Position numbers and translations under genes: made by a program. This document shows positions 40,047-52,454 of a DNA stretch of 64,000 bases, one piece after another (the first letter of the stretch is position 1; each line of letters begins with the position of its first letter). The stretch is from positions 59,334,001 to 59,398,000 of the forward strand of contig OZ024748.1 in NCBI GenBank assembly GCA_964016885.1, written 5' to 3'. The stretch comes from Eledone cirrhosa (Eukaryota). Under the pieces are notes generated by a model. The model was not told the origin of the DNA, ran no database searches, and saw only the letters and a list, made by a program, of their open reading frames with translations.

Positions 40047-40231
40047 CAGGGTTCCCCAAACTTTTTCAAATGCGGAACCCTTTTTTGTCCAGAATCTTTT
40101 GAGATAACCCCAAAGTCTAATACTGTTATATGGTCGTAATAGAAATATACTCCTCTACCTTTATCCATGGAACCCCAGACACTCTTTTCTGGAACTCTTG
40201 GGTTCCGTGGAACCCACTATGGGAACCACTG
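40047..40231. mobile_element. hAT (Charlie-type) MITE
   Basis: TIRs cagggttcccca/tgggaaccactg; 8-bp flanks ctttaagg/gtctaagg (6/8). Confidence 0.75.
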
Positions 40232-41945
40232 GTCTAAGGCAAAACCATGGCCTATAATTTCCAAATAATTTTGAAAATAAGATTTTAAAGGAACTTCATA
40301 TAAAAGTCTTCTTTGCCCATTTATTCCTGGGAGGATCGTGGAGGCAGAGTCCTCAAGTGCTCCTTCCAGCAGTGCCTATCAGAAGCAACCACCTCCAATT
40401 GATCCAGCTGGATCCCTAAGCGAGACAAGCTGAGCTCGTATATAACTGGCCTTCTAATTATTAAGCAGGTGTTTGAAACATTACTTTTGACTGGAATTGT
40501 GATGGGATGTTTTATTTCTCTTTAGATAGATATCTTCTTCTAGAGTCAACCCTTCTTTTGAAGGTGAAGCATTTATTTTGCTTTTTCTAATGGCTAGAAT
40601 AAATGTAGCTCACCACATCTGCGTGCTCATAGATGTTGTGGCCACCCATTGTCGAATTAATAGTCGATCACTGCGAAGCCACTGGTAATCATGACATCAA
40701 GGACATCTAATTAAACTGATGATCATCACATGAGCCACTGCCTACTATGAGATAAGTTGGAATATTATCAAGGCCTACTCCTCTAGATCTGACCTGTTCT
40801 GCTAGACTATCCTATGATAGCCATATCATAGAACCAGGGACAGTTTCAAGTGGCTTGGTATTAAAAGAGTTAAACACTATCTCATGTTTTAGGGATAATT
40901 ATATATGGTTTCTTATTTAACATTGAGGGTATACAAAGCAAACACTAGTGTTATATTGTGGTTGGTGATTGACTGGAGACAACACTTGGCTGAGAGGATA
41001 TGTTAGTCTTGTCAAAGACATGATAACCTCTCTCCTGCTGGTAACACAATAAGAGACACCCACTACACTCTGTAAAATCTTTGGTGACTAATTGGAGATA
41101 ATAAGTGATTGAGAGGATTCTTTAATTTGTCATGGATATGATAATTTCTCTAGTGCTGGTGTCACAATCTGATACACCCAGTATACTCTGTAACTGTAAA
41201 AAAGTTGGTGATCAATGCAGGCAAGATAAAGTTGATAGGATTCTTTCGGCTTCCCAAGGGTGTGATAACTTCTTTAGTGCTTGTACCACAATCTGAGACA
41301 CCCAGTACACTCTGTAAAAAGGTTGGTGATCAAATGGAAACAAGATAGAGTTGATAGGATTCTTTAGTCTTGTCAAGGGTATGATAACTTCTCTAGTGCT
41401 GGTGCCACAATAAAACACATCTAAATGAACTTGACTGTTGACAGCAAGATGTCTTAACCACAGACAAATCACAATAGCAGGGAGGAAGTATATATACAAA
41501 TCACTGAGCCTTCCATTGATAGTTCAACACTCCACCAACAGCTGTCTGTAACTCGACATTAACCAGTGAGGCTATTTTTGTCAATGGAGTGCACATTAGA
41601 CTTACAGTGTTAATCCTGATAAAGCCAACACGATTCATATTCCAGCGGTTTTTATATTCTTCATATATATATTTTATTTGTTTTTTTTTATCATACAGTG
41701 TAAGCAGAAAGGTCATTTGTCATAATAATCACATAATGTCACAATATTGTCATATGTGAAAGAGAAAGGTGTAGATTATGAGTGACATTTAGTGCAGTTA
41801 ACATTGTTGGAGTTTAGTGAATTATAAGGAAAGTATAGAAGAAATTAGTTATTCCCATCAGAGCAAACAGATGAACTGGTATATGGGTGGTGGAGAAGTG
41901 ATAGAGTCAATTGTTGTGTTGCTGATATGATAAAAAAAGGACACC

Positions 41946-44900
41946 AAGTCCACACTGTAAAGTGGTAGTTCTGGTGCCACAACAAAGAGCATAGTCCACC
42001 TTGTAAAGTGGTAGTTCTGGTGCCACAACAAAGAGCATAGTCCACACTGTAAGGTGGTAACTCTGGTACCACAACAAAGAGCATAGTCCACACTGTAAAG
42101 TGGTAGTTCTGGTGCCACAACAAAGAGCATAGTCCACACTGTAAGGTGGTAGTTCTGGTGCCACAACAAAGAGCATAGTCCACACTGTAAAGTGGTAGTT
42201 CTGGTGCCACAACAAAGAGCATAGTCCACACTGTAAAGTGGTAGTTCTGGTGCCACAACAAAGAGCATAGTCCATCCTGTAAAGTGGTAGTTCTGGTGCC
42301 ACAACAAAGAGCATAGTCCACACTGTAAGGTGGTAGTTCTGGTGCCACAACAAAGAGCATAGTCCATCCTGTAAAGTGGTAGTTCTGGTGCCACAACAAA
42401 GAGCATAGTCCACACTGTAAGGTGGTAACTCTGGTACCACAACAAAGAGCATAGACCACACTGTAAAGTGGTAGTTCTGGTGCCACAACAAAGAGCATAG
42501 TCCACACTGTAAAGTGGTAGTTCTGGTGCTACAACAAAGAGAATAGTCCACACTGTAAGGTGGTAGTTCTGGTGCTACAACAAAGAGCATAGTCCACACT
42601 GCAAAGTGGTAGTTCTGGTGCTACAACAAAGAGCATAGTCCACCCTGTAAGGTGGTAGTTCTGGTGCCACAACAAAGAGCATAGTCCACCTTGTAAGGTG
42701 GTAGTTCTGGTGCCACAACAAAGAGCATAGTCCACACTGTAAAGTGGTAGTTCTGGTGCCACAACAAAGAGCATAGTCCACCCTGTAAGGTGGTAGTTCT
42801 GGTGCTACAACAAAGAGCATAGTCCACCTTGTAAGGTGGTAGTTCTGGTGCCACAACAAAGAGCATAGTCCACACTGTAAGGTGGTAGTTCTGGTACCAC
42901 AACAAAGAGCATAGTCCACACTGTAAGGTGGTAGTTCTGGTACCACAACAAAGAGCATAGTCCACACTGTAAGGTGGTAGTTCTGGTGCCACCAGAAAGA
43001 GCATAGTCCACACTGTAAGGTGGTAGTTCTGGTGCCACAACAAAGAGCATAGTCCACACTGTAAGGTGGTAGTTCTGGTGCCACAACAAAGAGCATAGTC
43101 CACACTGTAAGGTGGTAGTTCTGGTGCCACAACAAAGAGCATAGTCCACACTGTAAAGTGGTAGTTCTGGTGCCACAACAAAGAGCATAGTCCACCCTGT
43201 AAGGTGGTAGTTCTGGTGCTACAACAAAGAGTATAGTCCACCTTGTAAGGTGGTAGTTCTGGTGCCACAACAAAGAGCATAGTCCACACTGTAAGGTGGT
43301 AGTTCTGGTACCACAACAAAGAGCATAGTCCACACTGTAAGGTGGTAGTTCTGGTACCACAACAAAGAGCATAGTCCACACTGTAAGGTGGTAGTTCTGG
43401 TGCCACCAGAAAGAGCATAGTCCACACTGTAAGGTGGTAGTTCTGGTGCCACAACAAAGAGCATAGTCCACACTGTAAAGTGGTAGTTCTGGTGCCACAA
43501 CAAAGAGCATAGTCCACCCTGTAAGGTGGTAGTTCTGGTGCCACAACAAAGAGCATAGTCCACACTGTAAGGTGGTAGTTCTGGTGCCACAACAAAGAGC
43601 ATAGTCCACACTGTAAGGTGGTAGTTCTGGTGCCACAACAAAGAGCATAGTCCACACTGTAAAGTGGTAGTTCTGGTGCCACAACAAAGAGCATAGTCCA
43701 CCTTGTAAAGTGGTAGTTCTGGTGCCACAACAAAGAGCATAGTCCACACTGTAAGGTGGTAACTCTGGTACCACAACAAAGAGCATAGTCCACACTGTAA
43801 AGTGGTAGTTCTGGTGCCACAACAAAGAGCATAGTCCACACTGTAAGGTGGTAGTTCTGGTGCCACAACAAAGAGCATAGTCCACACTGTAAAGTGGTAG
43901 TTCTGGTGCCACAACAAAGAGCATAGTCCACACTGTAAAGTGGTAGTTCTGGTGCCACAACAAAGAGCATAGTCCACACTGTAAAGTGGTAGTTCTGGTG
44001 CCACAACAAAGAGCATAGTCCACACTGTAAAGTCGTAGTTCTGGTGCCACAAGAAAGAGCATAGTCCACACTGTAAAGTGGTAGTTCTGGTGCCACAACA
44101 AAGAGCATAGTTCACACTGTAAGGTGGTAGTTCTGGTGCCACAACAAAGAGCATAGTCCACCTTGTAAGGTGGTAGTTCTGGTACCACAACAAAGAGCAT
44201 AGTCCACCCTGTAAAGTGGTAGTTCTGGTGCCACAACAAAGAGCATAGTCCACACTGTAAATTGGTAGTTCTGGTACCACAACAAAGAGCAGAGTCCACA
44301 CTGTAAAGTGGTAGTTCTGGTGCCACAACAAAGAGCATAGTCCACACTGTAAGGTGGTAGTTCTGGTACCATAACAAAGAGCATAGTCCACACTGTAAAG
44401 TGGTAGTTCTGGTACCACAAGAAAGAGCATAGTCCACACTGTAAAGTCGTAGTTCTGGTGCCACAAGAAAGAGCATAGTCCACACTGTAAAGTGGTAGTT
44501 CTGGTGCCACAACAAAGAGCATAGTCCACACTGTAAGGTGGTAGTTCTGGTGCCACAACAAAGAGCATAGTCCACCTTGTAAGGTGGTAGTTCTGGTACT
44601 ACAACAAAGAGCATAGTCCACCCTGTAAGCTAATAGTGCTGGTACCATGATAAAAATCACCCAGTCAACCCTGTAATATGGTAATGGTGATGTCACAATA
44701 AAATCACCCAGTCCACCCTGTAATGAGGTAGTACTGGTACCATGATAAAAATCACCCAGTCAACCCTGTAATATGGTAATGGTGATGTCACAATAAAATC
44801 ACCCAGTCCACCCTGTAATGCTGTAATACTGGTGCCACAATAAAACACCCAGTCCTTCCTATAATGAGGTAATACTGGTTCCACAATAAAAAAAAAACAC

Positions 44901-44995
44901 CCTTTTCACCCTGCAATATGATAGTGGTGGTACCTGGTGCCATACTAAAAAGCATGCAGTCAATCCTGTAATGTGGTAGTGCTGGTGCCATAAGT
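41946..44995. repeat. 46-bp minisatellite, about 58 homogeneous copies to about 44628 plus degenerate copies
   Basis: Unit cactgtaaagtggtagttctggtgccacaacaaagagcatagtcca. Confidence 0.97.
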
Positions 44996-45428
44996 GAAAT
45001 GAAGACAGTGAGCCCATCTCAGAGATTAGTAGCCCCTCTTGAATACTGACACAGTCTGTGACACCCCATCCAACCCTTACTACAAGGGAATACAAAGATT
45101 AAACAATGATGATGATGATGATGATGATGCCTTATAAAAATGAAGTGCAGACGGTATGAAAATAAGATGGAATGATCATGATAGAATATCGTTAACCTGT
45201 TAGTCAGGTCTACTAATCAGTAATGACCAAGAGAGTAAGTAGCAATAGAAATACTAATATTACTTTAGCAACTAATTCCATTATTCCTATAATGGCAGAA
45301 CCTGCCTGGTCACATCTTGGCAAAACCCCAAATACAATCTGAAACTGACAGAAGCTAGGTAAAAACCTCACAGCATGTATGTATAAGATATGTATATAAG
45401 TATGAGAAATGTGATGTGTGTGTGTGTG

Positions 45429-45496
<68 letters not shown>

Positions 45497-45498
<2 letters not shown>

Positions 45499-45759
45499 GG
45501 AGGTGAGTTTTATTGTAGTACAATAAAGCAATGCAGATATCGGATAAGAAGCACTCTACAGTTTGTGGGACTGGAGTATGCATAATATAAGATCAAAAGA
45601 TGGTTAAAGGAGTTCAATATATTTTATTATGCGCATTTCAGAAACAAACATCATCAATTAAGATTTTTTATAAAAAATCTTAATTGATGATGTTTGTTTC
45701 TGAAATGCGCATAATAAAATATATTGAACTCCTTTAACCATCTTTTGATCTTATATTAT
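45497..45759 (-). mobile_element. Fold-back element with a perfect 178-bp spacerless palindrome
   Basis: 45582-45759 is self-complementary about 45670/45671; tail 45497-45581; (TA)n on both sides. Confidence 0.8.
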
Positions 45760-46012
45760 ATATATATATATATATATATATTGTATGTATGTGAGGTGTA
45801 TATGCATGTATTTATAATGGTTGTTTGTGTGTATATATATATATATATGATGTATGTATGTTGTGTATATATGATTATATATAAATGCATGCATGTATTT
45901 ATAATAGTATATATATATATATATGTATACATATGATGTATGTATGTTGTGTATATATGATTATGTATATATGCATGCATGTATTCATAATAGTTGTTTA
46001 TATGTGAATGTG

Positions 46013-46043
<31 letters not shown>

Positions 46044-46409
46044 GTGGTTGTTTGTATGTATATATGTATGCATATGTATGTATTTACAATAGTTGCAACT
46101 ATGTATCTATGTATGTATAAAGTATGTATGCATTTATTACAGTAGTTTTTGGTTGGTATTTTGCATATCTCAGCATATTCACTTCAAGCAGAAATATTTT
46201 CTCTCCTCCTCCCTCCCTTTCTCACTGTCTCTCTCCTTGCCATTCTCTCTCTCTCTCCTTCTCCACTCCACCTCTCCTTCTCTCTCTGTTTCTGACAAAC
46301 TGGATACCTGCCAACCATCAACTACAGAAATATTTAAAGTTTTAGGTCAAAGCTCAAAACTTTTATATAATAATTTCAGATAGATTATTTACAAGTCAAA
46401 AGGTTTCTA

Positions 46410-46890
46410 TAGGTAGATATAGAAGGTACAGACAGTCTGCTTTCGGGGGAATTAAAGGACCGGGTCAGAGGGCAGAAAGTTTCAGTAGGGAACTGGGAAT
46501 CATAAAGATGGGTGGTCTGCATTTATTTGTCAAATTTGGAGGGCGAGTCTTGTTTGGTTTGGCAGCAACCATGAGTACAGGTTTAGGGTGATTGCTGAAT
46601 GTTTGTGGAATAATTGGAGCAATAAGGGTCTTATTTACATATAAATAAAATATAGAAGTTATAGACAGCTTGCTTTTGGGGAATTAGGGGGCCAGGCCAG
46701 AAGTCAGAAAGTTTCTGTAGGTAATTGGAAATTATACATAGATATAGAAGGTATAGACAGCTTGCTTTTGGGGGAATTAAGGGGCCAGGTCAGAGGCCTG
46801 AAAGTTCCAGTAGGTAATTGGGAATTATACATAGATATAGAAGGTAGAGACAGCTTGCTTTTGAGGGAATTAAAGGGCCAGGTCAGGGGT
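46410..46890. repeat. About 95-bp degenerate tandem repeat (3 copies plus 1 displaced)
   Basis: atagatatagaaggtatagacagcttgcttttggggaattaaggggccaggtcaga recurs. Confidence 0.75.
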
Positions 46891-47285
46891 CAGATTTAGT
46901 GGTTAATTATTCAAAGTAGCAATACAATTAATTGGAAGTTTTTTTTTTAAAACAAAGGAAATTATTTATTTATAATACTATGTGAATGAATTTGTTGGAC
47001 ATGGAAACTGTCAGAAAATCTACTGAGTATATATATATACATTATATAAATATATACTGTAAATGAGGTTGGCATGAGGAAGGGCATCCAGCTGTAGAAA
47101 CCAAGCCAATATCAGTTCTGTATGAGTAAGACATGGTCACATGATCTAACAGTGCCCACAACAGAACTCGTCTAACAACTCATGCCAGCATGAAAAAATG
47201 GACGTAAAACGATGATGATGATAATGATGATATATTATTAAAAGATCGGAGGCCATAATCAGTTGATTCAGGTTTATTTAAAACT

Positions 47286-47343
47286 CTGTTATACATATTT
47301 CACTGAGGACTATCAGTTATGATGGCCTGAGCTCTTCAGACGG
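47286..47343 (-). ncRNA. Type I hammerhead ribozyme motif
   Basis: CCGU-CUGAAGA-stemII (GCUCAGGCCAUCA/UGAUAGUCCUCAGU)-GAAA-U-AUGU-AUA-ACAG, then AAUAAA. Confidence 0.65.
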
Positions 47344-47974
47344 TAAAATAATTAATTAATTTACATATGTTTCATTCAAATTCAAAAAGAGGTGATTTTG
47401 TAATACTATAATGACTGGAAATTTACAAATTGAATTTAACCCTGAACTGTCTTTTGCCAATCTTGATGCGGATAAAATTATATTACAGCTTTAAATATCT
47501 TTCTAGGTGCAAATCCCACGGTCATTCGTAACCAAAAGGAGTCTTTACCCTCTCTTTTGTTTTACCTATGCCAGCATGGAAAAACAAAACACAAACATAA
47601 AAACTATGATGACTTGTAAAAATAAAATATAAAAAATATAAAAAATCTTAGAAATAAAAAGATAAAAAGAAAAAGATCAGAATTCATAGTTGAGCTTACT
47701 AATTATTGATTTATTGATTAGAAAATTGGAGTCTCTAGCTCAATAGTTTCTGAGATATCAGACACATACAACAATCAATCAACCAACCAAGGAAACAAGC
47801 AAAGAAACCAAAATAGTGGCACCTAATCTTGGTGATGGTGATGTGGGATTATATTGTGGTAGATGAGAGGTGGGTAAGAGCTGATGGTGGGTGGGTGACA
47901 GCTGACGGTGGGGAGAGTATGTTGTAGTAGAAGAGGAGTAGGTAAAAATTGATGGTGCAAACAATAATGGTTTC

Positions 47975-49265
47975 TGATTTAGACACAAAGCCAAACAATT
48001 TTGGGAGAGGTCAAAGTTGATTAAAATGGCCACAGTGCATGACTGGTACTTTATTTTATCGACCCAGAAAGGATGAAAGGCAAAGTTAAGCACGGCAGGA
48101 TTTGAACTCAGAACGTAGGCTGCACTTTAATAATTGTTTCTACTTTAGGCACAAGGCCAGGCTGCCCTTTAATAATGATTTCTAGTAGAGGCACAAGGCC
48201 AATAATTTGGGGGGATGGGAAAGTTGATTAAATCAACCCCAGTACATTACTGGTACTTTATTTTATTGACCCTGTAAGGATGAAAGACAAAGTTAACCTC
48301 AGCAGGATTTGAACTCAGATCATACAGAGGCGTAACTCTATGCTGCAAAGCATTGTGTCCGACCCTCTACCGATACTGCCAATCCACTACCCTTTAATAA
48401 TAACAATGGTTTCTAATTTAGGCACAAGGCCATCAATTTGGTAGGGAATTGCAGTGTTGAATAGGTTCTATATTTCATTGACCCTGGAAAGATGACAGAC
48501 AAATAACAATAGATCTTTTTAACATTGGCACAAAGCCAGTAATTTAGGGGGAAGAGGAAAGTTGATTATATTGATCCCAGTATGTTACTGGTACTTTATT
48601 TTATCACCCCCTGAAAGGATGAATGGCAAAGTTGGTCTCAGCAGGTAGTGGACCAGAACAGATACTACAAAGCATTTTGTCCAACGCTTTAATGATTCAG
48701 CCAATCCACTACCCTTTAATGATAATAATGATGATAATTTTTTTTTTGTAAGGTTCCTCTAGCAACCAGTTGCTAGATGAAGCATGTTAATTGGCCTCAG
48801 ATCAGTCCCTGATCTCAGATGCTCAATATATCAGGTAGGGTTCTGGCTAGAAATGGTAGCAATTTGGGTACTGCCTATGAAGTCAGGGATACCAAGGCTT
48901 TTGATGAAAGATGTAAGGTGTTTAGGGACCATGATAATAACAACGGTTTCTGATTTAGGAACAAGGCCAATAATTTTGGGGGAGCAGGAGACACAATTAT
49001 ATCGACCCTAGTACTTGACTAGTTCCTTTTTTTTACTGACCCTGGAGGGGGACAAAAGGTAAATACTAACTAATAAATAATTGATTGTACTTTTTGGCAC
49101 AAGGCCAGCAATTAACCAGTGCATTACTGGTACTTTATTTTATCGACCCCCGTAAGGATGAAAGGCAAAGTTAACCTCGGCGGGATTTGAACTCAGAATG
49201 GCAAGGGCCATAACTCTATACTGCAAAGCATGGTGTCCGACCCTCTACCGATATTGCCAATCCAT
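47975..49265 (-). mobile_element. Tandem cluster of about 6 full or partial SINE copies
   Basis: Repeated ggcacaaggcc..ctggtactttattttatcgaccc..ggatttgaactcag. Confidence 0.8.
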
Positions 49266-51273
49266 TGCAACATTCTGTACCAAAACAGATATTTTGTTAT
49301 TTTGTTGCTGTTGTTTTGTTATTGTTTCGCCTTCACCTTGAACGTCTACACCAGCAGCCAATGTAAGGTGTTACTGCCATCCTACTACCACCATCACTAT
49401 TATAAAGGAAATATTTATTGAACAAAATCTTGAACCTAATCAGCTAAATCAATCAGCTGTTTCTGTGGAGCTTTCCTGAGTAACTAGTTAATCAAACATT
49501 TACCTGGCTGATTGGAGAATAAACACCACTACCAAAGATAATGCTGTTTATTCTTCATGCAATCTTGGCTATTTTTTGTTGTTGTTGTTGTTGTTGTTGT
49601 TTATATTTCAATCAATTAGGTATGGTTTTTGATAGATTTATCACCTGCATAAACTCCAGGTAACAGTGTGATAAACCTGTCACCTGGATAAAGTCCACGG
49701 TAACAGCTGACTGATTCAACCGAAATGTATTATTATATTCTACCATTTTTTCCAGACCTTAATGAGATGTATATGTTTAGCCCTATCATTAATATATTTC
49801 ATATAAAATACATTGCCTATGATTATCAAATCATTTTGAAAATAATCTGAAATTAAACATATATTTATTGATACTTCTAATAAAATTAGTGCTTAATCCA
49901 TCAGCATTTAAATCGGCCGTATTCAGCCAGAATTCTCTCACCTTTTTCTGTTCAAACCGGCTGTAACTGGCCACTCATACCAACATTAAGGTATTGTTCT
50001 CAAATAAATAACAAAATCTCATAGATTCGATATTATGCGTGATCATTTTGTGAGGTAAAGACTTTACTGTGAAAATACACTAATATATATAGAGGGTTAA
50101 ATATTAAAATCATTCTGAACAGCAAATTTAATCAACATAGACATTCGAACAATACAATAGGAACCTTAAAAATAAACCTTAAAATGTCCACATATAAATG
50201 CTTCTCAACTGGTAAACCATACAGATCATATACAGAGCTTCCACTACAGTATTGGGATCTGGAATTTTAAGGAATTTAGTAATATAATTAACTTTCTCAT
50301 TATAAAGCTGGTCTTTGGAACATAGCATAAGATTTCTTACATAAAATTATACTGAAATGTTTTCAAATAAATATAAATATTTCATCCCTTTTCTTGCTAT
50401 ATCTCTAATGAAACACATTACTTATGGTTTTCAAATAATTTTGAAAATAATCAAGAATTTGGAGGAATGAAGTAATATAACTAACTTTCTCAATATAAAG
50501 CTAGTGTTTGGAGCATAACTTAAGATTTCTTACTCTCAAGTCTCGAATAATCATCATCCCCCATCCCTTGCTTATTAAGTTTTCAGATTTTTACTACCAG
50601 CCCTGCTCTTATTCCAACCCCTCCACTTATTTAATTTTGCTGATCTATCTTTGGTGACTTTTTATTTTAAATGGTAGCATTTCTGCAACAATTAATTTTC
50701 TTTATACATTAAAAAACATTATACAAGACATTATACAAGACAAAAAAAAATACATTACTTGAAATCCCATACTTTATAAAATAAATAGGATCAGTTGGGG
50801 TTCCAACTAATTCTGGTTTTTAAAACACATCAATGGAGACAATCTGGAAAAATTACTGATTGTTTCAACCCCACCCCTGCCATCTTATTCCTCCACCACC
50901 ACCCCCTATTATTTGGGACTTGAGAGTAGATAAAATGATGAAATGTGTTCAAATATATATAAACACTTTACCCCTTACGTTACCATATTTCTAATGAAAG
51001 ACATTGTCTATGGTTTTCAAATCATTTTGAAACTAATCAAGAATTCAGAGGAATTTAGTAATATAAATAACTTTCTTATCTTTGCCTTCAAAATTTCTAA
51101 CCAAATTTATCATCCTTCCTTCTTATCACCTCCACCGACCCCTCTGTTACCATATTCCTTCTCCTCCATAACAGCATCTATATATACATATATATATATC
51201 TTTACAAAACATATTGCTATATAGTTTCAGTGTCCTACACACACATACATGTGTGTGTGTGTGTATGGAAAGA

Positions 51274-51455
51274 GATTCAAGACCCCCCCCCCCCGACGGC
51301 TGAGCTACGGCCGTTTCGACAGCTAGGTCCAAACTAGCTGTCGAAACGGCCAGAGCTCAGCCGTCGGGGGTCTTGAATCACTTCATACTACCCCAAGTAT
51401 CGAGTACTCTGGTGGGTTATGGTCCACCTGGTATTTTACCACATGCTATCTGATT
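51274..51455 (+). mobile_element. Fold-back element with the 3' half of a hammerhead
   Basis: Arms 51274-51326/51334-51379; GAAAC-GGCC-GUA on the minus strand of the left arm; tail then (TA)n. Confidence 0.68.
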
Positions 51456-51487
51456 ATATATATATATATGAAAAAATGGGGAGAAGA

Positions 51488-51543
<56 letters not shown>

Positions 51544-51802
51544 CTGTGTGTGTGTGTATATATCTATATATCTGTGCATGTATATATATATATATATACA
51601 CTGTAAATGTGGTTGGTGTTAAGAAGAGCACCCAACCGTTGAAAACCTGCCAGATAGTCCTATATGAGCAAGACATGGTCACCCGACCAGCCTTGCCTCA
51701 AGTGGGACAACTCCCGTCTAACCCATGCTAGCGTGGAAAATGGACGTTAAACGAAGATGATGATGATGATGATGATGATGATATATATATATACATGCAC
51801 AA

Positions 51803-51833
<31 letters not shown>

Positions 51834-52454
51834 GACATACATATATGATGGCTGCCCCCTCATTATCGACACACACACATAACACATACATACACACACA
51901 TACACACACATACATATCTTTACAAAATATATTGCTATATAGTTTCTGTGTCAGACATATTGTTAACTGTAAGATTTTTTTTTAATCACACAGAACACAA
52001 AAGTGAAATGTTTTGTTTTGGTTTGTTTTTTTTGTTTGTTTGTTATTCAGAGGGGGGGGGGGGTGATCGAGAGAGGGGATGAGGGATGAGGGGAGAAAGA
52101 GAGAGAGAGATGGGGGTGAGTGAGAAAGAGAATGAGAGGGGGTGAGAGAGTGAGAAAGATGGGGCTGAGCGAGAAAGAGAGGGAGGGTCACATCTGTAAA
52201 ACTGGAAAATTAGGAAAATTATTTCTTTTTTTTTAAGAGAGTGGGGGGGGGGGGGCAAATGGTAAAGAAAAGAAAGCTTAGAGGAGTTTACAATAGTTTG
52301 AATAGTAAATGAATAGATGATATTGTGGGAGGAGATGGGGTGGAAGGAGGAGTGGAGATGAGGTAGGAGGGGGATGGGAAGATGGGAGGAGGAAGGGGAT
52401 AGGGAAGAAATCAATTTAATTAAGTGCTAAATAGAGATAGATGTGTAAATAAAT

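Noticed and set aside
41845-44696. Long ORFs up to 679 aa and a CRISPR-like periodic look
   Set aside because: 46-bp head-to-tail satellite with no unique spacers, no cas genes and a eukaryotic context; the ORFs cycle through the frames of one unit.
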